Positions 35,903-39,408 of a DNA stretch of 39,408 nt are shown in pieces (position 1 is the first letter of the stretch; every line of letters starts with the position of its first letter). The notes under the pieces are model-generated. The model saw only the letters and a program-made list of their open reading frames with translations, did no database searches and was not told the DNA's origin. The stretch comes from Jimgerdemannia flammicorona (taxonomy: Eukaryota), in contig RBNJ01000143.1 in the NCBI GenBank assembly GCA_003990765.1, positions 1-39,408 on the forward strand, in the 5' to 3' direction. Both the position numbers and the translations under genes were made by a program.

Positions 35903-38149
35903 GGATTGATGAAATATTTAATAAACTTACCAACCCATAATTCATAAGCTCCTTTGACCTGTGAAATAGCTACTGGCAAATTGCCATGAAAGAAGAAGAC
36001 ATCTACAAGACAGCCTTCCGAACTCACTATGGACACTTTGAGTTCCTTGTTATGCCCTTTGGCTTAACTAATACTCCAGCAACCTTCCAGACACTGATGA
36101 ATACCATTCTATATCCATACCTGGACAAATTCGTTGTTGTCTATATTGACGACATCCTAGTCTTCAGCAAAACCCTGGAGGAACATCTTGAACACCTTGA
36201 ACTAGTACTACTGAAACTCCAAGAAAACCGACTCTTTGCAAAACTCAGCAAGTGCAAATTTCTCCTGAAAGAAATTCAATTCCTTGGACACATTGTCACT
36301 CCAAATAGAATCAAATTGGAATCCCGCAAAATCTCTGTAATCAAGGATTGGCCCAGACCCAAGAAGCTGAAAGACCTCCAGTCATTCCTGAGATTAGCAA
36401 ACTATTACAGGTGATTTGTTGCCAACTTTGCTAAAATCACTACTGCCCTCACTCAAATGGCCAAGCATAGCAAGAAACAAGAATAACCCTAGACCATAAA
36501 ACAAGAAAAAGACTTCAACAATCTTGTAACTTGGGGACCTGAACAAGATACTGCCTTTCAAGCACTGAAAGATGCCCTGATAACTACTCCAGCACTTCAA
36601 GCAGCAAACCCTGCCCTACTATATGAAGTCACTACTGATGCCACTGACCTAGCCCTTAGAGCAGTACTCATGCAAGAAGGACACCCTGGGGCCTACCACT
36701 CCTGCAAGTTGAATAATACCAAAATCAACTACGCAACTCACAAGAAGGAGATGCTAGCCATCGTGGACACTCTGATCAAATGGCAACCATATCTAGAAGG
36801 AGCACACTTCACTGTATTGACCAACAACAAGTCATTAGTCAACATCAAGACTCAGGCTACCCTTTCCCAAAAGCAAGCCAGATAGATGAAAGTCCTCACC
36901 AACTTTGACTATGAAATCCAGTACTGTCCTGGCAAGGAAAATATTGTTGCTGATGCAATCTCAAGACCACCAATCGAGGAGGTTATCCAAACTCTCACCT
37001 TGGTTACAAACTCCATCATGGAACAAATTATCACAGCATGTGCTGATGATAAGGAAGCTCAAGCACTCTGTGAAATCTTGAACAGTGATGATGCTGACAA
37101 ATATATCCGGTACAATCAATACCAACTCAAGGACAATGCTCTCTACTACAAAGACAGACTGTATGTCCCAAACAACCGAGACCTCTGAAGGACTATCCTA
37201 TTCGAATGTCATGATGCCCCTATAGCTGGACATTTAGGATTTGATAAATGTTACGAAGTTATCTCCTGAAACTTCTATTGGCCCCACATGGCAGATCAGC
37301 TCAAAACCTACATCACTTCCTATAATGTCTGCCAATGAAACAAGTCCTCAATACTAGCAAAACCTGGCTTACTGCACCCCATCTCAGTACCATCTGCAAA
37401 TTGAGAACAAATCTCTATGGACTTCATTGTACAATTACCCCAAACCAAGAATGGGAAAGATGCAATTGTTGTCTTTGTGGACTATCTTAGTAAACAAGCC
37501 CACTTTGTGCCTACTACCACTACTGCAACAGCACCAAACATAGCTACACTCTTATTTGACAACATCTTCCGCTATCATGGTCTTCCCAAGATCATTGTTA
37601 GTGACTGAGACTCGAAATTCACCAGCTATTTTTGGAAAGCCCTTCATGCACACCTTGGAACAAAACTTGTACTATCCACAGCCTTTCACTCTGAAACTGA
37701 TGGCTAAACTGAAAGAATGAACCAAACTCTGGAACATATGCTAAGGAACTATGTCTCCTACCAACAAGATGATTGGCATGAACACCTCACTGCAGTTGAG
37801 TTTGCCTATAACAATAGCAAGCAAGCCTCTCTTGGAATGACTCCATTCTTCGCCAACACTGGACAAAATCCAAACACCCCTTTGACACTCATCTGAACTA
37901 CTGAAGAGCCCTCCACAGTTGAAGCTGTTGAAGAATTCTTACTCCGAATGTGTAATCTAAGCCAGATTGCCATTGAGAATTTATCATGAGCACAAGAACA
38001 ACAGTTACAATATGTTAACCAACACCACTGAGAAGAAACCTTTTATATTGAAGAAAAGGTTCTACTAGACATCAGAGGATACCGAGTTGACAACCTCAAG
38101 CATAGACCATTGACAAAGCTGAACAGCAAGTTCATTAGACCATTTGAAG

Positions 38150-38193
<44 letters not shown>

Positions 38194-38540
38194 GACCATT
38201 TGAAGTTATTGCAAAAGTTTCTCCAACCTCTTACAAATTGGCACTACCAGATACCATTAAGATTCACCCAGTCTTTAATGTTCAACGTCTCAAGCAATAC
38301 AATGAGAATGATGATGAGCTATTCTCAAACCGGACCACCAAACCATCTGCACCTGTCATTATTAATGACCAAGAAGAGTAAGAAGTTGAACAAATCCTCA
38401 ACAAACATGGCAACAAGAACCACCCTGAGTACCTTGTCAAATGGAAAGGTTATCCAATCCATGATGCCACCTGGGAACCCAAGACCAATCTCCAGAATGC
38501 TACTGACCTAGTTCAGAAATATGATTCCTTGAACAATTAG
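35903..38540 (+). pseudogene. pol: E3 pol 3' part: RT, RNase H, integrase, chromodomain
   Basis: KTAFRTHYGHFEFLVMPFGL, YIDD, VADAISR, CHDAPIAGH...C, MDFIVQLP, HGLPKIIVSD, IHPVFNV; chromodomain EVEQIL...YLVKWKGYPIHDATWEPKTNL (~38373-38525). Confidence 0.95.
38136..38209 (+). mobile_element. Solo poly(A) insertion (38 A) with 18-bp TSD in E3 integrase
   Basis: tagaccatttgaagttat at 38136-38153 and 38192-38209 flanks a pure A run. Confidence 0.9.
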
Positions 38541-38938
38541 AACCAAATACTCCACACCTACCCATATATTATCCTTCCGAACATTATAATTATTGCAACC
38601 AAGAACTCAGCAAAACAAGACAAGAATACCGAACTCCTGAAAAAAATAGCAAAACTGAAAGCAAGCCTATTCTCCCTATACCACTGGTGGGAAACAAGGC
38701 ATATTCCTTTAAGGAGATTCCTTAGAGGAAATTCCCCAGCAGTAAATGATGTCAGAATCACTTCTGGCACATGGCATCGAACACATGACCCTTTAACGTG
38801 TGAATCCAATGCGTTAGGCAACTGTACTATGAGCATGCCACTTTCTGAGAAAATGGACCTTACCAGACTTTTGACCTCCCAAATGGTGCAACAACACTAG
38901 AATAAAATTAGAAGGCTCTGATGAGGACATCAAAAGCT

Positions 38939-38951
38939 AAGAAGGGGAGAG
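38939..38951 (+). promoter_or_regulatory. Polypurine tract of E3
   Basis: AAGAAGGGGAGAG-T followed by TGTAAG. Confidence 0.85.
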
Positions 38952-38952
38952 T

Positions 38953-39395
38953 TGTAAGCGCACAACCTCCAAGCAACCAAAATTACATGTCACCCTCTGA
39001 ACAAGCCACTGAAATCACATGTGGCCTCTGAACAAATCTGGAAATCACCTGCTTGATCATGAAGCTGAGTCAAACCGAAGTCACAGAACACAATAATTAC
39101 ACAAATGGAATCTTACCAATCAGGACCAAATGCATATATACTGAGCACTGAGACGCATTGAATCAGAGAACCAAAACAAACAACAACTACAACATCCAAA
39201 CACACAAACATGACCACCGAGATCTATACCCATATCTGCGCTGACATTTGGAATGCCATTGTCAACCAAGTCACACCCCCTCTGCTCTCATGAATATCCA
39301 TAGCCTGGCACCCCTCTACTTCATAGAAGCCCAATGGAATGCTCTGAACATGCTTAGTGAGGCCCACTGAATCAGACAAATCTCAAGCAACTACC
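38953..39395 (+). repeat. Proximal part of E3 3' LTR
   Basis: Starts TGTAAG right after the PPT; has short internal repeats (acatgt...cctctgaacaa x2), CCAAT and a TATA-like box. Confidence 0.8.
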
Positions 39396-39408
39396 TTTTT
39401 TTTTTTTT
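39396..39408 (-). other. Poly(T) run at window end, probably the tail of another minus-strand LINE
   Basis: Abrupt T run like 30144; body not visible. Confidence 0.45.

Larger units (their letters stand above)
25516..39395 (+). mobile_element. E3: chromodomain-bearing Ty3/gypsy element (chromovirus) with dUTPase, interrupted by LINE insertions
   Basis: Zn knuckle CFYC(R)KTGHMASAC ~28525, dUTPase, IDSGA, YIDD, RH, IN, chromodomain, PPT, TGTAAG/CTTACA LTR termini. Confidence 0.93.

Noticed and set aside
38110-38511. Poly-lysine ORF
   Set aside because: Artefact of the poly(A) insertion shifting the integrase frame

Overview
Eukaryotic, probably fungal (inferred from element types and the C>T mutation pattern), transposon-dense window with one CpG-rich host island (~12.6-17.9 kb) holding a frameshifted gene-like sequence. 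Contents in order: (1) a near-complete minus-strand Ty3/gypsy element E1 (1-6389), organised gag-PR-[CPHG Zn module]-dUTPase-RT-RH | separate integrase ORF | extra ORF3; (2) a heavily C>T/G>A-mutated relative E2 (6458-12092) carrying a hAT-like palindromic MITE and cut by an unrelated LTR; (3) a third family member E4 (LTR+gag start, 18880-19638); (4) two full-length G-rich L1/Tx1-type LINEs (19639-25515 +, 30144-35902 -); (5) a chromodomain Ty3/gypsy element E3 (25516-39395 +) with dUTPase, the same CPHG Zn module, a long pre-gag region and apparent ORF remnants in its LTRs, with LINE-type insertions or junctions at four sites. Best leads: the three-ORF, stop/start-overlap architecture of E1 conserved in E2; its conserved orphan ORF3; a C-x-H-x12-C-x2-C module next to dUTPase in two different gypsy lineages; and a possible gene inside the E3 LTR. 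All TE ORFs carry nonsense mutations. All alignments were done by eye and no database search was run.
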